The notes below the pieces were generated by a model that was not told where the DNA came from, searched no databases, and was given only the letters and a program-made list of their open reading frames with translations. A stretch of DNA of 64,000 bases, from assembly GCA_965649225.1 (NCBI GenBank), contig CBFGJX010000008.1, positions 21,512 through 85,511 on the forward strand. Direction: 5' to 3'. This stretch comes from a candidate division WOR-3 bacterium (GTDB lineage Bacteria; Hydrothermota; Tepidihabitantia; Tepidihabitantales; Tepidihabitantaceae). The first letter of the stretch is position 1; each line of letters begins with the position of its first letter. Made by a program: the position numbers and the translations under genes. Positions 8,496 through 17,475 of this stretch are shown here, piece by piece.

Positions 8496-10004
8496 ATGAA
8501 GCAGTGGCTGACTGTTCTGGTGTTGGTGTGGGCCGGACTGGTGTCCGGGCGCGAGTGGCTGGCCCGACTTGACGGGCCAGAGCCCGGGACCGGGGTTGTC
8601 TTTGCGGCTGACGGCTGGAGCCTGGTCGTGGCCGGGGATGATGAACTGTCCCGGCGGGAAAGCGGGATGGTGGTGCTCGAACCGTGGGACGAACGGGCCG
8701 ATTACCTGTACGTTTTCTGCGACAACGAAGCTGTCCGCACTGCGGCGGCAGCCTGCGGTCGCGTGCTGACCGGGGATAGCAACGGACTGGTGCTGGCAAC
8801 CGACACGGCGGGGATAGTGGCGCTCAACCGTCTGCCGGTCCAGTTGTGCGGCATCGGGCGGACCGAGCGTCGGCTGCCCGGGAATGGGGAAAGCACCCTC
8901 AACCCGGCGGTGGTGCCGGACAGTCTGGTCTGGCGGCTGGTCGGCCGGGTAAGTGCCGATTCAGTCGGCGGGACGATTCAGCGGCTGTGGGATTTCCGAG
9001 TCCGTTACAGTGATACCGATTCCTGCCGGCGGGCAATGGACTGGGTGCGGCAGCGGTTGCAGGAGCATGGCTGTGACAGCGTCTGGCTTGATACCTTTCG
9101 CCGTGAGTGGGCGCCGAACGTGGTCGGTTTGAAACGCGGGACAATCAATCCGGACAGGTACTATGTTGTTTGTGCCCATGCCGACGCGACGTCGGAGTCT
9201 CCGCGAATCTATTCGCCCGGTTGTGAGGATAACGGTTCGGGTGTTGCCGCAGTGCTGGAGCTGGCCCGGGTGCTGGCCGATGCCACGGTCGAAAACAGTC
9301 TGCTTTACTGCGTGTTCGCAGGTGAAGAGCAGGGGCTGGTGGGTTCGGATTCACTGGCCCGTCGGGCGCGTGACCGTGGTGATTCAATCCGGCTGGCCAT
9401 CAACTTCGACATGATTTCCTACGGCCGGGCCGGTCGCGACAGCATCGTCATCTACGGTGCACGCAACCCGCCTAACTCGGAGGCGTTTGTGGCGTTTTTC
9501 CGGGCGCAGGCCGATACCTTTTCCAGTCTCAAACACTATGCGACAATCGAGAACACGCCGGCGGCGCGGTCTGACCATTACAGTTTCTGGAAGTATGGTT
9601 TTCCGGCAATCCGGGGCGGCTTTCATGACCGCACGCCGCTTTACCATACCACCGGTGACACCATCGGCCCGCTTTATTACGAACAATGCGGCACCAACAA
9701 CATTCCGATGGAGACCGAGCTGGTCAAAGCGCTGGTGGCGACGGTCGCTCGACTGGTCGGCACCGGGCTGCCGGTGGGAGTTGCGGCCGATCGGCCGGAA
9801 AGGACTGTCCGGCCCGGACTGCCGGCACTGGTTTCGGGTCAGCTGCTGCTGGCCGGCGACCGGCCGGCAATGCTCTGTGATAGGAGCGGGCGGCGGGTGC
9901 AGGTTGTCCGGCCGGGGGTAAACGATATCAGTCGGCTGCCGGCGGGAGTGTATTTTGCCTGCGGAATCGGTCTCCGGCCGCGGCGGGTGATTCTCTGGCA
10001 TTGA
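8496..10004 (+). CDS. M28-family Zn aminopeptidase, secreted, with a short C-terminal sorting-type tail
   Basis: Signal peptide MKQWLTVLVLVWAGLVSG. The M28 motifs …CAHADATSES…GCEDNGSGVAAVLELARV…FAGEEQGLVGS…NFDMIS…DHYSFW… The tail is …DRSGRRVQVVRPG…LPAGVYFACGIGLRPRRVILWH. The in-frame upstream GTG at 8460 overlaps trmFO, so ATG 8496 is preferred. Confidence 0.8.
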   Translation: MKQWLTVLVLVWAGLVSGREWLARLDGPEPGTGVVFAADGWSLVVAGDDELSRRESGMVVLEPWDERADYLYVFCDNEAVRTAAAACGRVLTGDSNGLVLATDTAGIVALNRLPVQLCGIGRTERRLPGNGESTLNPAVVPDSLVWRLVGRVSADSVGGTIQRLWDFRVRYSDTDSCRRAMDWVRQRLQEHGCDSVWLDTFRREWAPNVVGLKRGTINPDRYYVVCAHADATSESPRIYSPGCEDNGSGVAAVLELARVLADATVENSLLYCVFAGEEQGLVGSDSLARRARDRGDSIRLAINFDMISYGRAGRDSIVIYGARNPPNSEAFVAFFRAQADTFSSLKHYATIENTPAARSDHYSFWKYGFPAIRGGFHDRTPLYHTTGDTIGPLYYEQCGTNNIPMETELVKALVATVARLVGTGLPVGVAADRPERTVRPGLPALVSGQLLLAGDRPAMLCDRSGRRVQVVRPGVNDISRLPAGVYFACGIGLRPRRVILWH

Positions 10005-10080
10005 TGGTCCGACGACTTGACAACCGCAGTGGTCACACCAAGATTAATCAGGGCTGTCCGCAGCCCGGACAGGAGCAGCA

Positions 10081-10359
10081 ATGGATGAACAGCCAAAAGA
10101 AGAACGTACCAGGACCGAGGAGTTTGAGGTCGATGCCGGTGAGCTGGTTGATCGGGTAAAAGCACTGGTCGAGGCCGGCAATGTCCGGCGGTTGGTGATA
10201 AGGATGCCCGATGGCCGGGTGCTTTTCGAAGTGCCGCTGACCGCTGGCGTGGCGGTGGGCGGTGCGGTGGTTCTTCTGGCGCCGGTGCTGGCGGCACTGG
10301 GAGCACTGGCGGCAGTAGTGGCCCGCGTCAAGGTTCAGGTGGTGCGGGCAGTAGAGTAG
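10081..10359 (+). CDS. DUF4342-like small protein
   Basis: EEFEVDAGELVDRVKALVEAGNVRRLVIRMPDGRVLFEVPLTAGVAVGGAVVLLAPVLAALGA matches the remembered DUF4342 pattern. Confidence 0.5.
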   Translation: MDEQPKEERTRTEEFEVDAGELVDRVKALVEAGNVRRLVIRMPDGRVLFEVPLTAGVAVGGAVVLLAPVLAALGALAAVVARVKVQVVRAVE

Positions 10360-10428
10360 CAAAACAGGTTCAGCGAAACTGACGCCCGGGAGCTTTGCGC
10401 CGGCCCGGGCGTTGTTTATAATCCAACC

Positions 10429-11886
10429 ATGGCAGAATGGAATGGACCGCTGGAAAGGATTGACGACTGGCGGCTGAAAATACCGCGGACATACAAGCCG
10501 ACGATGCGGGTCGATGGCGTAATCTACGCCGATGCCCGGTTGCTTGATGATATCAAGGCTGATCAGGCGCCGGAGCAGGTGGCGAATGTTGCCACGCTGC
10601 CCGGAATCGTAGGTCAGTCAATGGCAATGCCGGATATTCACTGGGGGTACGGGTTCCCCATCGGCGGTGTGGCCGCCTTTGACGCCCGGGAGGGAGTGAT
10701 ATCGCCGGGCGGGGTCGGCTACGATATCAATTGCGGGGTGCGGCTGCTGCGGACGCAGCTGATGGCAGCGGAACTCAAACCGGAAGTACTGGAACGGCTG
10801 GTGCAGACAATCTACCAGAACGTTCCTTCCGGCGTGGGGTCAACCGGCAAGATCCGCATCAGTCAGCAGACGGTCGCCGAGGTACTGACCCACGGCGCGC
10901 GCTGGGCGGTTGACAACGGCTACGGTTTCGAAGAGGACCTCGAGTACACTGAGGAACACGGACAGATGGCCGGGGCCGAACTCGCCGGGGTGTCGAAGCG
11001 GGCGCTGGAGCGGGGGATGCCGCAGCTGGGTACACTCGGCGCGGGCAATCACTTTCTGGAAGTACAGGTTGTTGATGAAATCTACGATGCGACAGCGGCG
11101 GCAGCGCTCGGACTGGTATTGGGCGGGGTGACAGTGATGATTCACACCGGTTCGCGCGGGCTGGGGTATCAGATCTGCGACGACAATGTCCGCGAAATGG
11201 GCGCCGCCGCCCGCAAGTACGGGATCGAGCTGGTTGACCGTCAGCTGGCATGTGCGCCGGTGGATTCGCCCGAGGGCCGGCGTTATTTCGGAGCGATGGT
11301 CTGCGCCGCAAACTATGCCTGGGCAAATCGACAGGCAATCGCCCACTGGGTGCGGGAAGCTTTCGCCCGGGTTCTGGGTGTGCCGATTGAGCGACTGGGA
11401 ATGAGTCAGGTTTATGACGTCGCTCATAACATCGCCAAGTTCGAGGAACAGGTTGTCGGCGGTGAGCGCCGGCGGCTGTGCGTTCACCGCAAGGGAGCGA
11501 CCCGGGCATTCGGCCCTGGCCATCAGGCATTGCCGGCCCGCTATCGTCATCTCGGCCAGCCGGTGCTGATTCCGGGCGACATGGGTTCTTATTCCTATGT
11601 TCTGGTTGGCACCGCCGTTGCCGACCGGGAGACATTCGGTTCGGCCTGCCACGGGGCGGGCCGGGTCTGGTCGCGCACCCGGGCGCTGAACGAAACGAAG
11701 AAGCGCGATGTCGCCGCCGAACTGCGGCAGAAGGGCATCCGGGTGATGGCCGCGAGCCGGGAAGTGCTGCGTGAGGAAGTGCCGGATGCCTACAAGGATG
11801 TCGAAGCGGTGGTGGCGGTCTGTCACAATGCCGGGATTGCCCGCCGGGTCGCCCGGATGCGGCCGCTGGGGGTGGTCAAGGGTTAG
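10429..11886 (+). CDS. rtcB: RNA-splicing ligase RtcB (3'-phosphate/5'-OH RNA ligase)
   Basis: MPDIHWGYGFPIGGV…GYDINCGVR…GAGNHFLE…HNIA…CHGAGR are metal- and GTP-site motifs characteristic of RtcB. Confidence 0.9.
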   Translation: MAEWNGPLERIDDWRLKIPRTYKPTMRVDGVIYADARLLDDIKADQAPEQVANVATLPGIVGQSMAMPDIHWGYGFPIGGVAAFDAREGVISPGGVGYDINCGVRLLRTQLMAAELKPEVLERLVQTIYQNVPSGVGSTGKIRISQQTVAEVLTHGARWAVDNGYGFEEDLEYTEEHGQMAGAELAGVSKRALERGMPQLGTLGAGNHFLEVQVVDEIYDATAAAALGLVLGGVTVMIHTGSRGLGYQICDDNVREMGAAARKYGIELVDRQLACAPVDSPEGRRYFGAMVCAANYAWANRQAIAHWVREAFARVLGVPIERLGMSQVYDVAHNIAKFEEQVVGGERRRLCVHRKGATRAFGPGHQALPARYRHLGQPVLIPGDMGSYSYVLVGTAVADRETFGSACHGAGRVWSRTRALNETKKRDVAAELRQKGIRVMAASREVLREEVPDAYKDVEAVVAVCHNAGIARRVARMRPLGVVKG

Positions 11887-11888
11887 CG

Positions 11889-13721
11889 GTGGCTGACGTT
11901 GTGGCCGGCAGCACCGAACGAACGGGCGGAAACAGGTTGACGACGCTGGCCGAAAAGATTGCGTCGGCGCCGGAAAGCCCCGGGGTTTACCTGCTCAAAG
12001 ACGGGCGGGGCCGGGTGGTCTATGTCGGCAAGGCCCGGGTTCTGCGCGAGCGGCTGCGGGCCTATGCCGGTCCGCAGGACAATCCGCGGCTGCGGGCGCT
12101 GGTGAAGACGGTCGGCGACGTCGAAACTGTCGTAACCAGTTCTGAAGTCGAAGCGCTGGTGCTGGAGGAAAACTTCATCAAGTTTCACCGGCCCCGCTTC
12201 AATGTCCGGCTGCGGGACGACAAGAAGTTTCCGTACCTGAAACTGACGGCTGCCGAGCCTTTTCCCCGGATTTTTGTTACGCGCAACATCGCTCCCGACG
12301 GGTCGCTGCTGTTCGGGCCTTACACCAATGCCCGCGAGCTGCGCAAGGCACTGCGGGCGGTGAAACGGGTGTTCCGGCTGCGTACCTGTTCCTGGGCACT
12401 GCCGGAGAACCGGCCGCCCCGCCCCTGTCTGGAGTTTGATGTCGGCCGCTGCAGCGGGCCCTGTGCCGACCGGGTATCGGCGGCCGATTATGCCGGGCAG
12501 GTCAACGATGCGGTGCGATTTCTGTCCGGCCGGTCGGATGCGGTGGTGGCGGAACTGGAAAGGCGGATGTGGCAGGCCGCGCAGGCCCAGGAGTTTGAAG
12601 TGGCGGCGGCACTGCGTGACCAGTTGCTGGCACTGCGCGAGATTCGGCGCGAACAGCATGTTGCCGCGCCGGACCGGGCCAATCGTGACGTCATCGGACT
12701 GGCCCGCGGCGAACGAACGGCACTGGCGGTCGTGCTGCGAGTGCGTGAGGGCCGGCTGGTGGCGAAAGAGGAGTATCCGCTGGCGGCAGAACGGAACGTG
12801 CCCGACAGCGAGGTCGTTGCCGGGTTGATTCGTTCAGTACACACCCATACCGCCGACATCCCCGACGAGATTGTGGTGCCGACCGAGCCCGATGACCGGG
12901 CGACACTGGAAGAGTGGTTTGTCCGGCGCCATGACCGGCGGGTGGCGATTACCGTGCCGGAACGGGGCGGCAGGACGAGGTTGCTGGAACTGGCGCGGGT
13001 GAATGCGGAAAAGGCGCTGGTGGAGCTGGCGCCGGAACAGCGGGTGCCGGCGGCCAACGAGGAGCTGGCACGGATTCTCGGCCTGACAGCAGTGCCGCGG
13101 CTGATTGAGGGTGTTGACATTTCCAATACCCAAGGGACTAATGCGGTTGGTTCGGTGGTGGTGTTCCGCGACGACCGGCCGCTGAAACAGGGCTACCGAC
13201 TGTTCAAAATCCGGAGTGTCCAGGGGCCAAACGACTTCGCGATGATGGAAGAGGTGCTGGCGCGGCGGGTGCGCGGTCTGCTGGAGAAAAATCAGCCGTT
13301 GCCGGACCTGGTGCTGGTTGACGGCGGTAAGGGCCAGCTCTCGGCCGCAGTGCGTGCCTATCGCCGGTTTGATGCCGAGATTCCGATCCTCGGACTGGCC
13401 AAGCGCACCGACACGCTCTACTACGAAGACGGCCGGGAGATTTCGATTCCAGTTTCATCGCCGGCGCTGAAACTGCTGAAACGGGTGCGCGACGAGTCGC
13501 ACCGTTTCGCCAACACGTTTCACCGCAAGCTGCGGGGCAGGGCGATGACCTTCTCGGCGCTTGACACGATTCCGGGGCTGGGACCGGCACGCAGGAAGGC
13601 GCTGATCCAGCATTTCGGTTCGCTGGACAGGGTCAAGGCGGCCGGAATCGCGGATATTGCCCGTGTGAAGGGTATCGGCCCGGCGCTGGCCGAGCGAATC
13701 AGTCGAACGCTGCGGGAGTGA
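11889..13721 (+). CDS. uvrC: Excinuclease ABC subunit C (UvrC)
   Basis: GIY-YIG at the N-terminus (PGVYLLKDGRGRVVYVGKA), the UvrBC-interaction region, an RNase H-like endonuclease domain, and C-terminal (HhH)2 (GIGPALAERI). Confidence 0.9.
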   Translation: MADVVAGSTERTGGNRLTTLAEKIASAPESPGVYLLKDGRGRVVYVGKARVLRERLRAYAGPQDNPRLRALVKTVGDVETVVTSSEVEALVLEENFIKFHRPRFNVRLRDDKKFPYLKLTAAEPFPRIFVTRNIAPDGSLLFGPYTNARELRKALRAVKRVFRLRTCSWALPENRPPRPCLEFDVGRCSGPCADRVSAADYAGQVNDAVRFLSGRSDAVVAELERRMWQAAQAQEFEVAAALRDQLLALREIRREQHVAAPDRANRDVIGLARGERTALAVVLRVREGRLVAKEEYPLAAERNVPDSEVVAGLIRSVHTHTADIPDEIVVPTEPDDRATLEEWFVRRHDRRVAITVPERGGRTRLLELARVNAEKALVELAPEQRVPAANEELARILGLTAVPRLIEGVDISNTQGTNAVGSVVVFRDDRPLKQGYRLFKIRSVQGPNDFAMMEEVLARRVRGLLEKNQPLPDLVLVDGGKGQLSAAVRAYRRFDAEIPILGLAKRTDTLYYEDGREISIPVSSPALKLLKRVRDESHRFANTFHRKLRGRAMTFSALDTIPGLGPARRKALIQHFGSLDRVKAAGIADIARVKGIGPALAERISRTLRE

Positions 13722-13727
13722 GGCCGG

Positions 13728-14222
13728 CTAGTATTCGTCCCGGCTGCCGGTCAGCTCCTTTTCCATCGCATCGGCGCACTTGATGACTGCGGTGATCACC
13801 GCCTGCAGCGACTGGGGATCGGCATCGGCGTCAATCTTGGCGACATACTTGGCAACGTAGGCGTTGTCATTGTCACGGTAAACCGCCCAGGCACCGATCT
13901 TGTTTTCGTCGCTGTCGATAAGCAGGCGGTTGGCGACTGCCGCCGAGAACGGGTTTTCAGACTTGTAGGCCGGAGCCCAGACTTCACGGATTTCCAGACC
14001 GTGATAGGTTTCGGTCTTGGAGTTGATGAAGACGAGCTGGGTGCGGTCTTCATCCAGCGAGAATACCATCCGGAAATTGCCGAGCTCGGTTACCTTGTAA
14101 TTGAGGTCAAGCTGGTCGAGCGCCGAGCGGATTCGGGCATCGCCGGTGGCACTCTTGCCGAGCTGGGCAAACACCGGAACGGCACAGATCAGCAGGACCG
14201 CGACAGTCGAGCGAACAGACAT
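13728..14222 (-). CDS. Periplasmic YbjN-domain protein (putative sensory-transduction / T3SS-chaperone-like fold)
   Basis: ATG at 14222 is preceded by GGAGGAAG. Signal peptide MSVRSTVAVLLICAVPVFA. The central region carries YbjN-like patterns (…VFSLDEDRTQLVFINSK…AVYRDNDNAYVAKYV…). The ORF-track N-terminus (to 14525) is a spurious extension. Confidence 0.55.
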   Translation of the reverse strand: MSVRSTVAVLLICAVPVFAQLGKSATGDARIRSALDQLDLNYKVTELGNFRMVFSLDEDRTQLVFINSKTETYHGLEIREVWAPAYKSENPFSAAVANRLLIDSDENKIGAWAVYRDNDNAYVAKYVAKIDADADPQSLQAVITAVIKCADAMEKELTGSRDEY

Positions 14223-14401
14223 GCTTCCTCCTTGGTAAGTAAAATAATTATACCCGATAAACAGTGGTAGCGGCAATGGCGACGGCGGTGAAATCCGAAC
14301 TTGCCAGGACCGGTCGGGCCGGGTTATCATTTCACCAGTGCGGAGGACAGGGGGCATGTGGGCAGGCAACTGGTTTTTCCGGTAAAGAGAGGAATCAGAG
14401 T

Positions 14402-17392
14402 ATGAAGAGAACGGTGTTGCTGTGTGTGCTGGCGGTTTGTCTGGCGTTGGCCGCCAACCCGCTGAAACCGTCAGCCCGCGGCAGTTTTCTGCCGGCGGCA
14501 GGTCCCGACGACTTCCGGGTCGCATTCTGGGGCGAGCAGAGGTTTGATCCGCGTGATGGGCTGCCGTCGCTGGATGTGCCGACCATCAGTGCCTATCCGG
14601 GCGACGGTACCGGCTGGTATCTGGTGCAGTTTTCCGGCCCGGTGTTTGGCTATCAGATTGATGCCCTGCGCCGAACCGGTGCCTATTTTCACGGGTTTCA
14701 CTCGCGGTCGGTGGCGTTTGTCAAGGCCAGCGCGGCTCAGATGGAGGCGGTCAACGCATTGCCGTTTGTGCGCTGGACCGGCATCTACCAGCCGGGGTTG
14801 AAGTTCTGGCCGGGCACACTTGCCGATGAGGGCTATGGCCGGGTGGCGGTGATTCTGTTCTACCCCGAGGACATTGTTGCCGCCGAGGCGGCGATTCGCG
14901 CCCTCGGTGTTACCGTCGTCGCGACCGGTGTGTCCGAAGCGTGCAAGGCGATCGACGTCGAGTGCAGCCGCGCCGATGTCGCCCGACTGGCCGCACTGCC
15001 GTTTGTCCAGTCGCTGGAAGAGTGGCATCCGGCCGAGGCCGAGAATGAACAGTGTCAGTGGGTCGCCCAGACCTGGGCCCAGAATCAGCGCCGGGTGTGG
15101 GAGCAGGGACTCTACGGCGAGGGTGAAATCCTCGGCTATTCCGACGGCCAGCTGGACCATGCCCACTATGCGATGTACGACCCGACAGTGACGATTGCTG
15201 ACACCGGCGAGTTTCCGACCCACCGCAAGATTGTCGCACTGAAGAAATATCCGCCGGCCCGGCTGGGTTCGAGTGATTCGCACGGCAGTCACGTTGGCGG
15301 GACAATCGCCGGCGACGATTCCATCAACGGCGGCACCAATCTCAACGACGGCCATGCCAAGCGGGCCCGGCTGGTCCAGCTTTCGCCGATTCCACAGCCG
15401 ACCGGCAATGACTTCACCGAGCCGCTGAACATCATCTCCAACTATCTGCGTAATCCGGAGCTGCGGCCGCATACGATGTCGCACTCGTGGTGGACGCTGA
15501 CGATGGGACAGTACACCAATGCCGCAGCGACTTTCGACCAGTTCTCCTGGCGGAACAAGGACATCCAGCAGATCAAGTCCTGCGGTAATCAGGGCCAGTC
15601 GAGCCAGTACCGAATCACCGAACCGGGCAATGCCAAGTCAATCATTTCGGCGGCCTCGCTGCAGAACGGTACCAGCTCGACCGTGCTGTCGAGCTATTCA
15701 TCGCGCGGGCCGGCCCCGGACGGCCGGATCAAACCGGACATCAGTGTGCCGGGCGAAAACATCATGTCGGTGCAGTACCGGACGACCAATTCCTACACTG
15801 CGATGAGCGGCACCTCGATGGCGGCACCGGCCATCAACGGCAACATCGGGCTGCTGCGCAACTATCTGCGCAAGGGTTACTATCCGTCCGGTGCCGCCAA
15901 CCCGGCGGACACGTTCGGCTATGTCTCGGCGGCGCTTTTGAAGGCGATGGTGCTGGTTTCGGCCGACCCGAACATTGGTTCCTATGTGATACCTTCGGAG
16001 TACGTCGGCTGGGGCCGGATTGACCTCGACTCGGTGCTTTATTTCTCGACCCCGACCCCGGACTACCGCAAACTGCTGCTCGATGACGATACGCTCGGGC
16101 TGGCAACCGGCGAGTATGTCGAATACCAGTTGCAGGTGACCGATTCAATCCCGCTGCGCATTGCCGTGGTCTGGACCGACACGGCGGCGGCTGCCGGCGC
16201 GAATCCGGCGCTGATCAACGACCTGAACTGTCTGCTGACCGGACCGGACGCAAGCTTCTACAAGGGTAATCTCTACAGCGGCGGACAGTCGGTGCGTAAT
16301 CCGGCCGGTGCGTACGATGCGCTGAATCCGAACGAGCTGTTTCGCGTCAACCGGCCGATGCCCGGTACCTGGACGCTGCGGGTGGCGGCGCAGAATGTCG
16401 TTACCACGCGTCAGCCTTTTGCAGTGGTGGCAACCGGTGCGTTCTCGACCACCCGGCATGATGTCGGGGTCAGTCGGATTATTGCGCCGGTGGGCCGGAT
16501 TGACACCGGCACGGTGGTCACGCCGGCCTGCTCGGTGTACAATTACGGCACCGAGACCGAGAGCTATTCGGTGCGACTGCGCATCGCCGCTGACTACGAT
16601 ACGGCGGTGGCGGTTACCGCCCATCCGGCGGGCAGCGCACTGCGGGTAGAGTTTCCGCAGTGGACCGCAACCGCTCTGGGCAGCTTCGCGGTGAAGTGCT
16701 CGACAATGCTCGATGTTGACTTCAACCCGGCCAACGATTTTATTGCCGATTCGTTCACGGTACGCCGGCCGGTTCACGATGTCGGCGTGATTGCCGTGCT
16801 GGCACCGGGCGACACGGTCGAGGCCGGCACGGTGATTGTGCCGCGGGCACTGGTGCGCAATTTCGGCTCCTATCCGGAAAGCTTCCGGGTGCAGCTGACT
16901 ATCGGGCGCTGGGGCTCTTTCGACAGTCTCAGCCTCGAGCCGGGTGCAGTCGATACGGCGGTGTTCGAGGAGTGGATTGCCGGGCCGATTGGCAGTCTGG
17001 CACTGGCCGGCTACACGATGCTTGCCGGCGATGCCGACCCGGCCAACGATACGGTGCGGGGTACGGTTGTTGTTATCCCCGGTACCGGCGTCGAAGAGCT
17101 GCGGGGCGTGCCGCGCGAGTTCACTCTCGACCGGGCGGCTCCGACGCCGTTCGCCGGCCGGACGTCGGTGCGCTACGGTCTGCCGTATCCGACACCAGTG
17201 ACCGTGGCGGTGTATAACACTGCCGGCCGGCAGGTGCGGCGACTGTTTTCGGGCAGCGCCGAAGCCGGATATCACCGTGCCGAATGGGACGGCCGGGACG
17301 ATTCCGGTCAGCCGGTCGGGCCGGGGATTTACCTCTGCCGGATAGCGGCCGGCGGATTCCGGGCAATGACCAAGCTGGTCAAGCTTGACTAG
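14402..17392 (+). CDS. Subtilisin-like serine protease (peptidase S8) with two CARDB-like modules and a type-A T9SS-like C-terminal sorting domain
   Basis: ATG at 14402 after AGAGAGGAAT. Signal peptide MKRTVLLCVLAVCLALA. The catalytic triad reads DTGEF (Asp), HGSHVGGTIAG (His) and GTSMAAP (Ser). CARDB-like repeats are HDVGVSRIIAPVG… and HDVGVIAVLAPGD…. The C-terminus is …PTPFAGRTSVRYGLPYPTPVTVAVYNTAGRQVRRLFSG…WDGRDDSGQPVGPGIYLCRIAAGGF…TKLVKLD. Confidence 0.85.
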   Translation: MKRTVLLCVLAVCLALAANPLKPSARGSFLPAAGPDDFRVAFWGEQRFDPRDGLPSLDVPTISAYPGDGTGWYLVQFSGPVFGYQIDALRRTGAYFHGFHSRSVAFVKASAAQMEAVNALPFVRWTGIYQPGLKFWPGTLADEGYGRVAVILFYPEDIVAAEAAIRALGVTVVATGVSEACKAIDVECSRADVARLAALPFVQSLEEWHPAEAENEQCQWVAQTWAQNQRRVWEQGLYGEGEILGYSDGQLDHAHYAMYDPTVTIADTGEFPTHRKIVALKKYPPARLGSSDSHGSHVGGTIAGDDSINGGTNLNDGHAKRARLVQLSPIPQPTGNDFTEPLNIISNYLRNPELRPHTMSHSWWTLTMGQYTNAAATFDQFSWRNKDIQQIKSCGNQGQSSQYRITEPGNAKSIISAASLQNGTSSTVLSSYSSRGPAPDGRIKPDISVPGENIMSVQYRTTNSYTAMSGTSMAAPAINGNIGLLRNYLRKGYYPSGAANPADTFGYVSAALLKAMVLVSADPNIGSYVIPSEYVGWGRIDLDSVLYFSTPTPDYRKLLLDDDTLGLATGEYVEYQLQVTDSIPLRIAVVWTDTAAAAGANPALINDLNCLLTGPDASFYKGNLYSGGQSVRNPAGAYDALNPNELFRVNRPMPGTWTLRVAAQNVVTTRQPFAVVATGAFSTTRHDVGVSRIIAPVGRIDTGTVVTPACSVYNYGTETESYSVRLRIAADYDTAVAVTAHPAGSALRVEFPQWTATALGSFAVKCSTMLDVDFNPANDFIADSFTVRRPVHDVGVIAVLAPGDTVEAGTVIVPRALVRNFGSYPESFRVQLTIGRWGSFDSLSLEPGAVDTAVFEEWIAGPIGSLALAGYTMLAGDADPANDTVRGTVVVIPGTGVEELRGVPREFTLDRAAPTPFAGRTSVRYGLPYPTPVTVAVYNTAGRQVRRLFSGSAEAGYHRAEWDGRDDSGQPVGPGIYLCRIAAGGFRAMTKLVKLD

Positions 17393-17410
17393 CTTGACTG
17401 ACCGAGCCGC

Positions 17411-17443
17411 GCGCGGGCGGGGGTGACCCCGCCCGCGCCCTTT
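17411..17443 (+). terminator. Stable GC hairpin (12-bp stem GCGCGGGCGGGG/CCCCGCCCGCGC, GTGA loop) followed by CCTTT. Likely intrinsic terminator of the S8 gene.
   Basis: A perfect inverted repeat 19 nt downstream of the stop. The T-run is weak. Confidence 0.45.
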
Positions 17444-17470
17444 GACAACCGCCACTGCCTCTCTAAGCTG
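17442..17470 (+). promoter_or_regulatory. Putative sigma70 promoter TTGACA-N17-TAAGCT, ending 5 nt before the ATG of the ABC-F gene
   Basis: -35 TTGACA at 17442-47 and -10 TAAGCT at 17465-70 with a 17-nt spacer. There is no Shine-Dalgarno sequence before ATG 17476. Confidence 0.35.
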
Positions 17471-17475
17471 GGCCG

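Noticed and set aside
14264-14401. N-terminal extensions of several ORF-track entries. These are 14264-14401 on the S8 gene, 26551-26634 on the M14 gene, 27333-27665 on the β-barrel gene, 34927-35319 on pepA, 33446-34165 on the ABC ATPase, 56398-56607 on the unknown after arcC, and 14223-14525 on the YbjN-like gene.
   Set aside because: Each extension lacks a ribosome-binding site and runs through the neighbouring gene or intergenic hairpins. In each case an internal ATG/GTG/TTG with a GGAGG-type ribosome-binding site and a signal peptide gives the expected domain start.
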